The notes under the pieces were generated by a model. The model was not told the origin of the DNA, made no database searches, and saw only the letters and a program-made list of their open reading frames with translations. Shown piece after piece: positions 1 to 10,389 of a DNA stretch of 33,000 nucleotides (the stretch's first letter is position 1; each line of letters begins with the position of its first letter). A program made the translations under genes and the position numbers. The DNA comes from Dicyema japonicum (taxonomy: Eukaryota; Animalia; Dicyemida), in NCBI GenBank assembly GCA_011109175.1, contig RDEW01000073.1, positions 90,662 through 123,661 of the forward strand, written 5' to 3'.

Positions 1-700
1 AATTCCAGATACCACACATTGTCGAAAGCTTTGGATATACCAAGGCAAGCTACAGTCAAACTTGCTTTACTTTTCAAAGCCTTCACAATTGACGCGTTAA
101 TACTGTACAAACAATTTCCACAAGACCGACTTTTGCGAAAACCTCACTGGTGATCATTTAATGAATCATTACGTTCTAAGTGTTCAGAGATTCTGTTAAG
201 CACAATTCTTTCCATAATTCTTGAGATTGTTGGTATAAGGTTTATGGACCTGCAACTGAATGTTAAGTATCTAGGTTACCCAGATTTATGTATCATCCTG
301 GCCTCCGTCAATTTCCAATGGAAAGGTATATGACCCAACCTGATACTGCAAGACATCTCAGATATTCATAGAGTGCCCGGAGTGATTCCTTGAACAAACG
401 CATAGCGATTTTGTCCTTTCTATGAGCATTGTCTTTATGAATTTTCAACTTCGGCAGTTATAGGGCTGTAACGTAGTGGTAAAGAACTATGACTTATTTC
501 AGCTTTTCTTTTAGAGAACTGAGGGCCAAACGAGACAGGGCTCTTCAGGGTTAACCTGCTGTATTTTTGAATGTTCGTCCCCAAACAGGTTAGGATACAG
601 GAGACCCATCATGTTTTTGCAACAATGGATTCTTTTTTGGATATACTTCCGCTCACTCTGTTACAAAATGCGTGAAGATGAGGTCTTGCTAATCTTGTAT
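1..700 (-). mobile_element. Degenerate non-LTR retrotransposon RT fragment (CR1/L2/Jockey-like)
   Basis: Minus-strand translation gives PFHWKL, SCRSINLIPTISRIMERIV (YRPISL..ISKIMERIV motif) and DISKAFDNVWY (RT motif), broken by stops and frameshifts. The upstream boundary is approximate. Confidence 0.7.
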
Positions 701-1279
701 TGTTTTTTTAAACAGTTTTTTACCCGAGTCAACCAGGTGCCAATAGACAGTTAGATTGCTATAATTAGTCCCTCTTTTCCAAATCCAGGACGCAAGTGGC
801 AGTTTATGGAAAGGTTGTGGTGGCAGCATACATATATCGCACTAAATGTTTACTTAGCTCATTGGTGGGTGAAAGGCCCTTGTCTACCTTCTCGTAATTT
901 TGGACGAGGTGAAGCACTCAAGAGGCATCGGGAACATGAAGTTTGAACGAGGGAAGCATCTGATGAGACAGAGTATTCCCACGTGTTGGGTCACAATTAT
1001 ATTATTTTGCATGATATCTACCTCAAGCGAGCTTAATTCAAAAAATTGTCAAATTTGAAAATTTATAATTAAAACGGAAGCACATCTCCCATATAATACC
1101 GCGTGCTCGTTGATGGTTCCTGAGGATCATCAATATGCGCCTGAACTTGAGCCCCAAAAGATGACCCGAGTCGAATGGCTTGAGTAGGTGGATGCTTCGA
1201 GGATTAAGATTCAAACGACGAAAATTGCCAAATTAGGAAATTAGTAAGATTTATAGTAGTCTGTTCCGTTTATTCAGAA

Positions 1280-1693
1280 ATGTACGGAATTTTGAACATT
1301 TTCTTCAGTATAGTGATAGCAGTCGGTACAATCCTTAGTTACTCCCTAGTTGTAATGATTGTGGGAAATATCCCCAACATGATTCCACACAAAAATTACA
1401 ACAAAACAATGACTAATCCCTGCGAGAAGGCTGTATTGGAGACTGATCAGAAGACTCTCGAACTAGTCCTTGATGGAATCACCGACCATAAATGGGCTAA
1501 GTACTCATCAAAGTCCTCAACTAACTCATTCTTTGTATCCGCAACTGGGGATGACATTGGAAAGGATGGAGAGGGAATCTACATTTTGGTCAAAGACAAC
1601 ACATTTTCAAATCCACGTGTTGCACTCAACAACAATCACACGTTTGTTAACCACGAGTTTTCAGCCATCAAGAAACTCAGTTGCTCTAAATAA
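1280..1693 (+). CDS. Orphan small protein with hydrophobic N-terminus (secreted or type II membrane)
   Basis: Open 137-codon frame followed by an AT-rich 3' end. Probable 22-nt 5'UTR intron (gtagtctgttccgtttattcag) just before AAATG, and probable in-frame 24-nt intron gtacaatccttagttactccctag at 1327-1350. Confidence 0.65.
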   Translation: MYGILNIFFSIVIAVGTILSYSLVVMIVGNIPNMIPHKNYNKTMTNPCEKAVLETDQKTLELVLDGITDHKWAKYSSKSSTNSFFVSATGDDIGKDGEGIYILVKDNTFSNPRVALNNNHTFVNHEFSAIKKLSCSK

Positions 1694-1944
1694 CTTCATT
1701 AATGTCCCTAAGCGGGACTATTATTTATTATAATCTATTTCTTCTTGACTTTATTTTGATGATTATCACGTGCACTGAATCAGAGATCCGATTTCGTTTA
1801 GGGGACTTCGAAGACATTATAAACTGAATTTGCAAGAGAAGATACTGCCTTAGGTGATCCCAGCCTCCCTCAGCAACCACCTCACCTTCCCTCAGTGTCA
1901 CTATACGCCTTCTGAGACAACTACTTCACCTCTGACGTTCCTTG

Positions 1945-2120
1945 ATTCTTAGGACGACCAAGAATCACTCTCCAATCGTTCTGAACGAAGACCTCTAAAT
2001 AATCGGGAACCGCCTCAGATGAGAGATGACCTTGCTGATCTGCGTGAACGGACGGTAACAAATGTGCGAAACGAAATTTCATTTAGTCCCCTGTGTGCAC
2101 ATGTTTTGTAATGCTCATAA
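1945..2120 (+). mobile_element. 3' fragment of RTE-like LINE
   Basis: Translates (with indels) to GRPRITL..VLNEDL...DDLADLRER, matching the C-terminus GRPRSTLPTALNKDL...GDDLDELR of the copy at 28055-28825. Confidence 0.65.
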
Positions 2121-2242
2121 TGAAGAAGCACAAATAAGGTCCCCAAGTATTCAATATAACTGAAATGTAAGACAGCCAAGGAGATTGTGATTAAATTTAT
2201 TAAATTCTATAATCTAACAATTATAATATAATTAATTCAAAA

Positions 2243-3044
2243 ATGTCTGAAGAACGGTTGTGTTTTGTTATTATACAGACTTTGTTGGATTTGTCTGTCA
2301 AATGACAATAACCCTTTTGTGAGTCCATGTGCATGTAGAGGGTCCACCAAATGGGTACACAACTCATGTCTTGGGCAGTGGATAGACGTTAAACAACATA
2401 ACACTATGAACCCAGTCTACTGCAGTCTCTGCAACAAGCCATACGCTATCAGATACCCCAAACCAAACGTCACTCTCAGATTCTGCATCTTCTCCTCAGA
2501 AATCATCCAACTTATCTCCAAGGTAGCTGGTGCCAGCGTTATTGCCTTCTCTGTTTACTGGTGTTCTGTCTCCTTCGGTGCTATTACCATTATTCAGGTT
2601 TGTTTTCATGGAAACGACAGACAATTGGCGCCAGACAGGCCTGTGATTTGTTTGATATGTGCACTCTGTCTGACCTTACTGTGGGGCTTCCATGCATCCC
2701 CCTTGTACTGTTTTCATGTCGAAGAATCAATTTCCACAATTCTTTGTTGGAGTCTCTGTTTGGGATCTCTGTGATTGAAAGTACGGAAGATGATGACGAG
2801 GAGCTAATTCTTGGGTCTCTGCTTAGGACTCTGGCCTCGGTGATCTTGTTGCCTACAATAGCAGTCCACACAGGACGTGTTGTCTTTGGGAGAGTGAGTA
2901 ATGCTGTAATGAGGTCACTTCTGGTATACTAAAGTGATGACTTTAGGGGGATTTCTGTATATCCTTGGAAAGTCGGTTTTCAAGTCATTCTTTAGTTATT
3001 TGCTGGAGATGAGACGCAAGACCCGAATTATTGATAATTATTAA
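2243..3044 (+). CDS. MARCHF5: MARCH5/MITOL-like mitochondrial RING-CH E3 ligase
   Basis: RING-CH CWIC...PCACRGSTKWVHNSCLGQWID...CSLC, then SVYWCSVSFGAITIIQ, VGLPCIPLVL, LLPTIA and a C-terminal GFLYILGKSVFK..RIIDNY, colinear with MARCH5. Introns 2257-2278, 2598-2620, 2924-2946. The last junction is one G short of frame. Confidence 0.92.
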
Positions 3045-3532
3045 ATTATTCTATTTTTTTAGTTTTAGCTTATTATTTTTAATGAAATAAGTAGATTCGA
3101 TAATTACTAGTTCCCCCCTCCAAGGGAGACTTTACTAGTCCTTCAGATTTGGGAAAGATGGGAATCGAAGACATTGGTGCATCTTGTGCTTATTTACTCC
3201 AAAACCTAGAGTTTCTGATGTCTACTGAGAACGGGGGGGATATGTTATATTAACCTCGAAAAGATGAAACCACTAAGTGCAGTAGAGCTATGATTAAGTT
3301 AACTAACGGTAATTAAAGACGTTAGTTGTGACTTAACTCATTCTTATGTCTTCAATAAAGTCAAGACTAACAAGATAACTGAAGTTGCATATACCTACGA
3401 TGTGGACTTAATATCCAAAGATAAGTTAGCACTCGAAGAATTACTCAGTATAGCACTTTAGAACTGAGGGAGAAGACAACTGATATCGCTTATTGGTATC
3501 AAATGTCAGTTTAGATGTTACTGAGGATATTG

Positions 3533-3612
3533 GACATATCCTGAGACTCGATCCAGCAGCCCCTGTAAGCTGGGGGATATATCCTGAGAATTGATCCAGC
3601 AGCTTCTGTAAC
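3533..3612. repeat. Imperfect ~43-bp tandem duplication
   Basis: ggacatatcctgagactcgatccagcagcccctgtaa followed by ggatatatcctgagaattgatccagcagcttctgtaa. Confidence 0.8.
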
Positions 3613-3985
3613 CACCAAGCAAACTATTTCGTATGCGCTTAATGGTGGAAAAGGTTAAGTTTATTTGATGCAGTTGTAAGCAATTTTCTCCACGAGCACG
3701 TGACTGTTCTTATACTTACTTACGTCTTTTATGATGTAGAAGACGTCATCTTTTCCTGAATTAATGCTTTGATTTAAAACTGCTCCCACTTGATAATAAC
3801 GAGTAGTGTCCCAACCAACGTTTATAGGGACTGCTAGTTAACTGAATCACCACAAAACGTGCACGTGTGTTGAATGATGACGGCCAGGGAGAAAGAGGGT
3901 GTCTCAGTAATGGTGTTTAAATGACGACGCTTCGTACCAAATTTTACGATAATTGAATAAATAATAGTAACCATAGAGCCCAACG

Positions 3986-4878
3986 ATGCCACGTGGGGCC
4001 TCTAAAGTAGTTTTGAGTCCCCCATTTTAGAAGCCAGTAATTAAAATATGCAAGGACAAACCTCTCTCAGAAAAGATTCTTAGAAGAGCCGACAACTGGA
4101 TTAAGGAAAACTGGGGACATTTTCTGTTTTACTGCAAGCAAATCAAATCGACGTAAGCAACAACAACAAAATAAAAATCACGGATTTAAGGACAAGTCCT
4201 GAGTCTTCGGTAACCTTAGTTCTCAGGGATCTGAATGCAACCTTCAACACAGCCGAAATCGACTACTTGTCGGCTCTTCTTGACTTTGAAGACTCGGGGG
4301 AGTTCAACTACGAACAGTGCGAACACGGATTCTCCATAATAAAGTACAATATCCCTAAACAGTTACTTCTACGGAAACGTGCTTTTCGAAAAATTGAAGA
4401 TCCCTACTAAGGAACCGGTCCCCAAAAAATGGTGACTGCGAACCTCAAACCACTCCTTCCGTGTGATCACTGCGGAATTCCGCTACCCCAACTCCGAGAC
4501 CTCTGTCCTCAGTTCTCCATATTTTTTTAATTCAGATTTATTAACTTGAAGTGTGTGTTGGTGACCTTCGCAGACTCCGAGTCCCCATTTCATCACACAA
4601 TCGTCTGTCTCCCAACTAGTTCCTTAATTCAGTACGTAATGAGTCGGATTGAGGGGGACCTGGATCTTTCAATATCAGAATTGTCCATATTCAGTGACCT
4701 TTCAAAGTCCAATGCTCTGAGACCAAGTTTAACCATCTCTGAATGCGGTCTTATCGGGTCTAACCTCTTCTATCCCTCGGAATACACATTATTTTACGAC
4801 TTTGATACCCCCATAATAGACTGTCCCCTCCTCAACTCCTACATTGGCCTAAAAATTAACGATCTTCACTTTAAATGA
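3986..4878 (+). CDS. EF-hand pair + CxxC + ubiquitin-like-domain protein
   Basis: Spliced reading MPRGASK|KPVIK...IDVSNNNKIKITDLRTILRDLN...LDFEDSGEFNYEQ (two EF-hand-like loops), PCDHCG, then a beta-grasp-like C-terminus ending LFYDFDTPIIDCPLLN. Micro-introns include 4007-4030 and 4512-4535. Frame problems at ~4145 and ~4425. Confidence 0.65.
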
Positions 4879-5849
4879 TATTATTTCTGTTCTCGTGTTG
4901 CTGATTACACTCGACTTAGTCATTGTATCACTTTGGCCTTCCATGTGAATGATTCCGTCTACACTTCTGGTGGATGAAATCATGAACTTTGGGGACATAC
5001 ACGAAGCTTGGAAGCGTCAGATACCCTATGCTCATGGTTAGAATCTCACCGGGGAGGAACGATGCTTGGCACTCATCTCGAAACACTACTAAGCCAACTA
5101 TTTGGTAGTAACTTTATAAGGGAGATGGTTAGATCTTGACGGATCTGAAATGGGGGTGATCAATATACTTGTATGGATGGTGGAGACCAAACTAGGTTAT
5201 TAAAATGTGCCCAAATTAGATGATATGATGAAACTGATGAATAATTTAAAACTCTGACTTTCCACAAACAAAATGAGAATCATAAATATCCTTAGTGACA
5301 AGGTTGGCATTCTTAGAATGATTTTATGACTGAGGTAACTCAGTCGAGGATTAAAACGATCCACGAATAGGTTTCTACTACAAAAGCCATGGTATCAACA
5401 ACATTGATACATTTAATGGTTCCCTACCACAAGAAGTCTGTGTACACTTGGCCCACCTCCGATGGGGTTACCATATAAATTTACACGAAAATATAAACAT
5501 AATCGGAAGATCGGTTTCGTTGGTGTCCACTTTGTTCCTTTAGACGACAAGACAGGTCACCTCTTCTCTTGATCTGCCTTCAACAGATACTTGACGGATA
5601 TCTAGTCAAGTTGGTAGTCGCCTTCATGTTAGCTACCGGTTTCTTTCACCTCAAGGAACGAAGGTAAGCAAATAATGAATCTACAGGGGTCTCAGCATAC
5701 CGGAATCCTTAAGTCGAAGTTTTTGATAGTTAGTCGGTTAAGTAACCCCGTGCTCACTAGCACGTAGGAACAAGCGGTTGTCAAATGGGACACGGCAAAT
5801 GCCGATCACTCCAAGATCAACTTTGGAGTAGTAGACAACAGATGTTCAG

Positions 5850-5915
5850 GCAATTAAAAAATTTTAATAAGAATAATTAAAAAAATGATAAATTTTTTTA
5901 AAATTTAAATTTTTG
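5850..5915 (+). promoter_or_regulatory. Near-pure A/T tract, representative of putative core promoters
   Basis: Similar 50-70-nt tracts abut most start codons (2190-2242, 9105-9160, 15070-15140, 15845-15897, 17110-17160, 32248-32303). Confidence 0.5.
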
Positions 5916-5927
5916 GTTATCAGTTGC

Positions 5928-6416
5928 ATGTCGATCAAAAAGAATTTTGTAAATTTTGTGTTTATTAAAGGTCACAAACATAAGGCCAGGTCTCGTACAT
6001 GATGTCCTTAACTCTCTGCTCACAGACAACATAGAGGGAGCATTGTATATCCCCCTCATTACTCTAGTTTAATTGACAAGAACGAGACTATACTATCATT
6101 TGTAGGAAACCAGAAGTACCGTACTCCCTTATTTGCGGCCACCGTCGTTGATATTTGGAAGCGTGAAGAGATGGGATCTGATCAGTGCACACAGTCGAAG
6201 AATGATCCTAACATTATGATCTTCAACTGCACGGTATGTCACATATGAATGTTCCAGAATAAAGGAATGGCTATTGCATGGTTTGGGGACCTCCTCATCG
6301 GTGTGTTTGGGACCTCAGTGATGTCTCCAGTATTGGAAATTAAGGTGAATGTCTGGTTGGACAATTAGATCGGGAATGCCAGGGACAAACTGGTCAGGTC
6401 CTTAACCCAAAAATGA
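5928..6416 (+). CDS. LAMTOR2: Ragulator subunit LAMTOR2 (p14, roadblock fold)
   Basis: Missed by the ORF track. Clean 5-exon frame with introns 5949-5970, 6045-6067, 6234-6257, 6345-6368. Product IRPGLVHDVLNSLLTDNIEGAFLIDKNETILSFVG..LFAATVVDIW..IMIFNCT.KGMAIAWFGDLLIGVFG aligns with human LRPKALTQVL..LLNNEGSLLAYSG..AAIASNIW..ILMDCMEGRVAI. Confidence 0.85.
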
Positions 6417-7589
6417 CCTCTTAAATCTATTTCATTGTCTCTGTCCTTTTGTGCCCTCAGTATTGGTTTTTTGAATTAGGCTTTTACTGCCCAAACACGT
6501 GCGCATCAGAGACTCAATGTACACATAGTTCCGTGAACTCTGCGCATAAAATTTGGCATCAGATGGTGTAGATGACTCCAATCTTAAAGGAGTCTTACGC
6601 CTACCTTCATATCGAGCACCCCCACCGCATCAGAATAGCATTGCATATACGAAGATATCGAATTCAAATCACTTCATGATCTTATTGATTTTTATAGTCT
6701 ACTTGAGTTAACATGTTAACTAGTCAGAGGGTTGATGTGGTGGGGTACCTCATTGTAAAAATGCCCACTTAGCTTTGCGGTGGATGAAAATCTCTTCCAT
6801 CTTCATAAGACATCAGATACCCAACAAGATCTTTATAAGAAAACCAGAAGGTCGTTGATGACTATTTTTTATTGCACAGAAATTAACTGCCGTAGAAAGT
6901 GAGTGAGGTGCCACCAAGAAATCCGTATTTCAATGGAGGGAATCAAGTTATTCCGGTTACTGTACTGAGAGGGGGTGGAACTGTCTAAGAATGAAGTTTA
7001 TTTAGTTACCTCTTCCCTTCAAGTCAAGAAAACCAGTACCCAACAAAACATCGAAAGCATACACTCCCAGAGTTTATTTAATATTTCCGGACACACTCCA
7101 GAGATAAATCCTTCCTCCTTGAGAAGGCAATCAAATACAGTTCTGCAGGGTCAGTGATGTGCTTCCAAAATAAACATGTTATTCAATATACTTTGCCCCA
7201 GTACGGCAATATCCATCACGCTCATCGCGCATCTTGCAATGGCTGTGAAAGAAAGATCCTAGATTGACAGGTAATAACATGGTCATCGAAATTAATTGTT
7301 TTCAAAAATATATTTTTTACAAATAAGCTAAAAATTTGGAAACCTGATCGCAACAAGAACCAAAAATTTTTAAGAATTACCACTAATTCTCTAATAATTA
7401 GACTTCCAAAGACGTCATTGAATCCACCTACGCTCAATGCCTTGGCAGCATTCAAAAATGATCATCTCTCCCCTATCCAACAGTGTTAAAAGCACGTGTA
7501 CCACTCCGACCGGAGGAACTGGATTAACCCTATCTCAGGTTATTAAATCTCCCTAATAAATAAAACATAATACTATTAAAACATAAATA

Positions 7590-9104
7590 TTAGTGATTAC
7601 AGGGAAAAGGGTTGTTATTAACACAAGATCTAAGTACCCCCAAACAGCAATACCTGTGGAATGCATCCCCACATGGAGAGAACACAGCAGAGGAATCAAA
7701 CCTGTACAACAGTTCATTCTTGCCACATAGCATACACTCTCTCCCGCTGGTTCTGCATCTCTAGGGTTATAGCAAGGATAACTCGGCAGGACACTTTTAT
7801 GTGATTCGAAAAAAGCGAGAAAATGTGGACCAATCTGGACAAAAGTAGTCCATGGTGGAGAGCCATTATGTCAGACAAAGTAAAAAGCTGACTCCCGTCT
7901 AGCACATGGTGCATATCGTGCATTTGGTCCCCATTCTCGTCAAGTTGATGCAGCACCTGACTAGAATCCTCGCACTGCCATAAATAGAACCGCATGGAAG
8001 CGATCACCCGCCGATAAGTCTGCAGTAAAGACAAGATTACACTATGATTTCGTCCATTCTGAGATTGGGAGACATCAGAGGGGGGTAATCAGCAGAACTT
8101 GGATCAATTACAGGGTTATTTCTAACCAAATACTGTATCTGAAGTGAGGATCGACACATGTAGTATTTGTTAATGTCCCAATTTAGAAGAACTCGAACTG
8201 GGTTAACAGCCAAGTCGTTCCAGTGACATTTACTGCAGTAATACTTCCCCGTGTAGTCACAAATACGGGGGATAGAGCGAGAGTCTGATTACAACCCACA
8301 ATACTTTGGTAAGAGATTGGAGTTCGGCACTCAAAACACTCGTAATTCTGTAAGTGGAGACCTCCGTCGGGACAGATTTTGGAAGGATATGCAGTGAACT
8401 GCTTCACTTGTACTGAAACACAGACACGTGACAGTTTTGACGTACAGCACACATGGCAGGATAGGTGGCACTCTGGAATAACAGAGTTGTCTACCTGAGC
8501 ATATATAGCAGTTGTAAAGTCGGGGAAATAGGAATCCAAGACATATCTCACAATATGAAGGAAGGGACAGCTGAAGTAACGTGTTGGGGAACAAAATGAG
8601 TGATTTTTTAGAAAAACTATATCTTTCTCAGCTATCTTGAATTATATAAAGGAAACCTTCTCCTGTGAGTCGTTATTTTTGATCTTGGCGTCTATTAATT
8701 CCCTGAGAGCCAACTCCCACTCTGATGTCCCCTCCTCCTGGTTGTGGAAATTCCGTAAGGCCTCGACAATTATGTGCGAATCAATCCTCTTGATCTATGA
8801 TGAGAATATTTGAGGGAACGGGTTGGGGGAAGTAATCGTTGTAAAACTCAATTTTATGAACTTCTTCAACGTTATCAGTTAAGGCAAGCTGATCATAAGA
8901 GCCAATGATTTGGGGACTTTGGGAATCTTCGCACATTTTGTCAGTATATTTGAATCTCTTTCGATACTTTGGGTTGATATTCGTTTGTGGGGAGGTTTTA
9001 CTAACAAATGTCGACTTGGGTAGTCCACTCTCCAAATTACTAATGTAAGGCACTTCCACTAATAAATTTTCTTCATTAAATGATCCACGTCTGGGAGAAT
9101 TCAT
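7590..9104 (-). CDS. DEF8: DEF8 (C1 domain + Rubicon-homology domain)
   Basis: CEIC..YICSECHLSCHVCC (C1), ICPDGGLHLQNYECFECRTPI, RICDYTGKYYCSKCHWNDLAVNPVRVLLNWD and HIKVSCRRC..G.ECMLC. Seven 20-25-nt introns. One unresolved frame break at ~8560-8600. Confidence 0.93.
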
Positions 9105-9164
9105 AAATTTATTAATTCATAATTTGATTTAATTTGAAAAATTAATTTAAATTTTTTTTACCGG

Positions 9165-9615
9165 GTTAGGTAACTAATTCTTCCTTGGTTTATTCTGACT
9201 GATCTCTGGGAACTGCTTGGCCATTCCTTCCATCCCCAGTAAGAGTCGTCTGAAACAGATACACGATTTTGTTTCTACGAGAAGCATTCGAAGACTCGAA
9301 GACAATAAAATATTACAGCGACCCCCTCCTCCAATAGACCAATCAGAATCCTCTCTTTCAAGGGACGTGCGAGTAAACCTGGCTCGTTTACGATGTGGGC
9401 ACCACCCATATCTACCAGCTTATGATGTACTCTCCCCTTCTGCAACCTCCACGTGCTGACAACAAATCACCTATTTCAATGTCATGAATTGGCACAACAT
9501 TTTTTCACAATGCCGGAACTGACCGATTTATGGGAGCGACCACATCTGCTGCGTACTACTTAATAGCTGCTGGCCTCCTGCAAGTTAGTGAGGCTGAGGT
9601 TACTTAACTAACTAA
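9165..9615 (+). mobile_element. 3' end of non-LTR retrotransposon (I/Ingi/Jockey-like) with (TAAC)n tail
   Basis: NKILQRPPPPIDQSESSLSRDVRVNLARLRCGHH..., HLFQC..LTDLWERP C-terminal motifs. Ends ttaactaactaa. Confidence 0.7.
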
Positions 9616-9639
9616 TCTTTGGGAACGCCCGCCTTGATT

Positions 9640-10320
9640 GCTATTATTCTGTTAGCCACCGGTTTCCTCCACTTGAAGGGACTGGAGGTAAATATACAAC
9701 AAATTTTTTAAACACAAAAATGAGAACTTTGAGAAATTGCTCCTCGAGTTTTTCGGGAGGTCGTCAGGCTTAAGGTTATTATATTGGGGTGATAAATAAA
9801 TCAGCATTTTAATAAGGTCCCTAGGAGCAAATCCGCGATCCTCCCATACGTTTCTCGAATTTGTTAGATATTGTGGAAATTGGAAATAAAATTGGTTCAC
9901 CTACTAATTCTTGAATTGTGCCTTGCCAACCTAAATTTTGACATTGTGTCTGGCTAGTAGTTCTCCGTTGATATAGTTGACCTTTAAGACTTTGGAGGAG
10001 TTCCCTGACGTGCCATGAGTTGCTTATTTGCTTCATGGTGAATCAAACTCCTTGTTTTTTTCCTCGCGAGGATGGAAGAGGTGAAGGAGCTGAGGGACTT
10101 CAAATCATGAGATTATGAACGAGGGAAGTCTGAATGTAGAAATCCCAGACTCAAACCAATTAATTGAAAGAATTTAGCCGTCAGAGGGTGATAGCTAACG
10201 TCCAACATGTTTAGACAGGCACTGTCGATCCTTCAAACTTGACTAGTCGAGTAACTGAGCCTAATCCACGTGTACTAAGTCTGATTAAGCACACAACGTG
10301 TCCGAATAAGTCATAAATAA
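9640..10320 (-). mobile_element. Probable degenerate LTR retrotransposon (PBS-like site + gag remnant)
   Basis: Minus strand AATTAAT-TGGTTTGAGTCTGGGA (~10165-10144) resembles an LTR end plus PBS, followed by broken ORFs. Weak similarity only. Confidence 0.3.
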
Positions 10321-10389
10321 TATTTATTGGAAACAAAAGTTATAGGCGGTTTATGGCAGTCTCGCACAAATTGACGCTAGTTCGGAGAA

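Noticed and set aside
960-1000. Hammerhead cores (CTGATGA at 960, 18854; minus strand ~24945)
   Set aside because: No correctly placed stem II plus GAAA was found.
1256-1282. Trans-splice acceptors (AG-AAATG before starts at 1280, 12019, 15954)
   Set aside because: Each has a plausible upstream cis donor, so SL trans-splicing is not required.
4408-4410. TAA read-through or alternative genetic code in the EF-hand gene
   Set aside because: TAA, TAG and TGA all terminate genes at homologous C-termini here. An intron or indel explains this stop.
6900-7290. Host gene on minus strand behind the AT tract at 7290-7400
   Set aside because: No clean spliced frame. A FDVLLG..FL stretch suggests a decayed retroelement protease, too weak to annotate.
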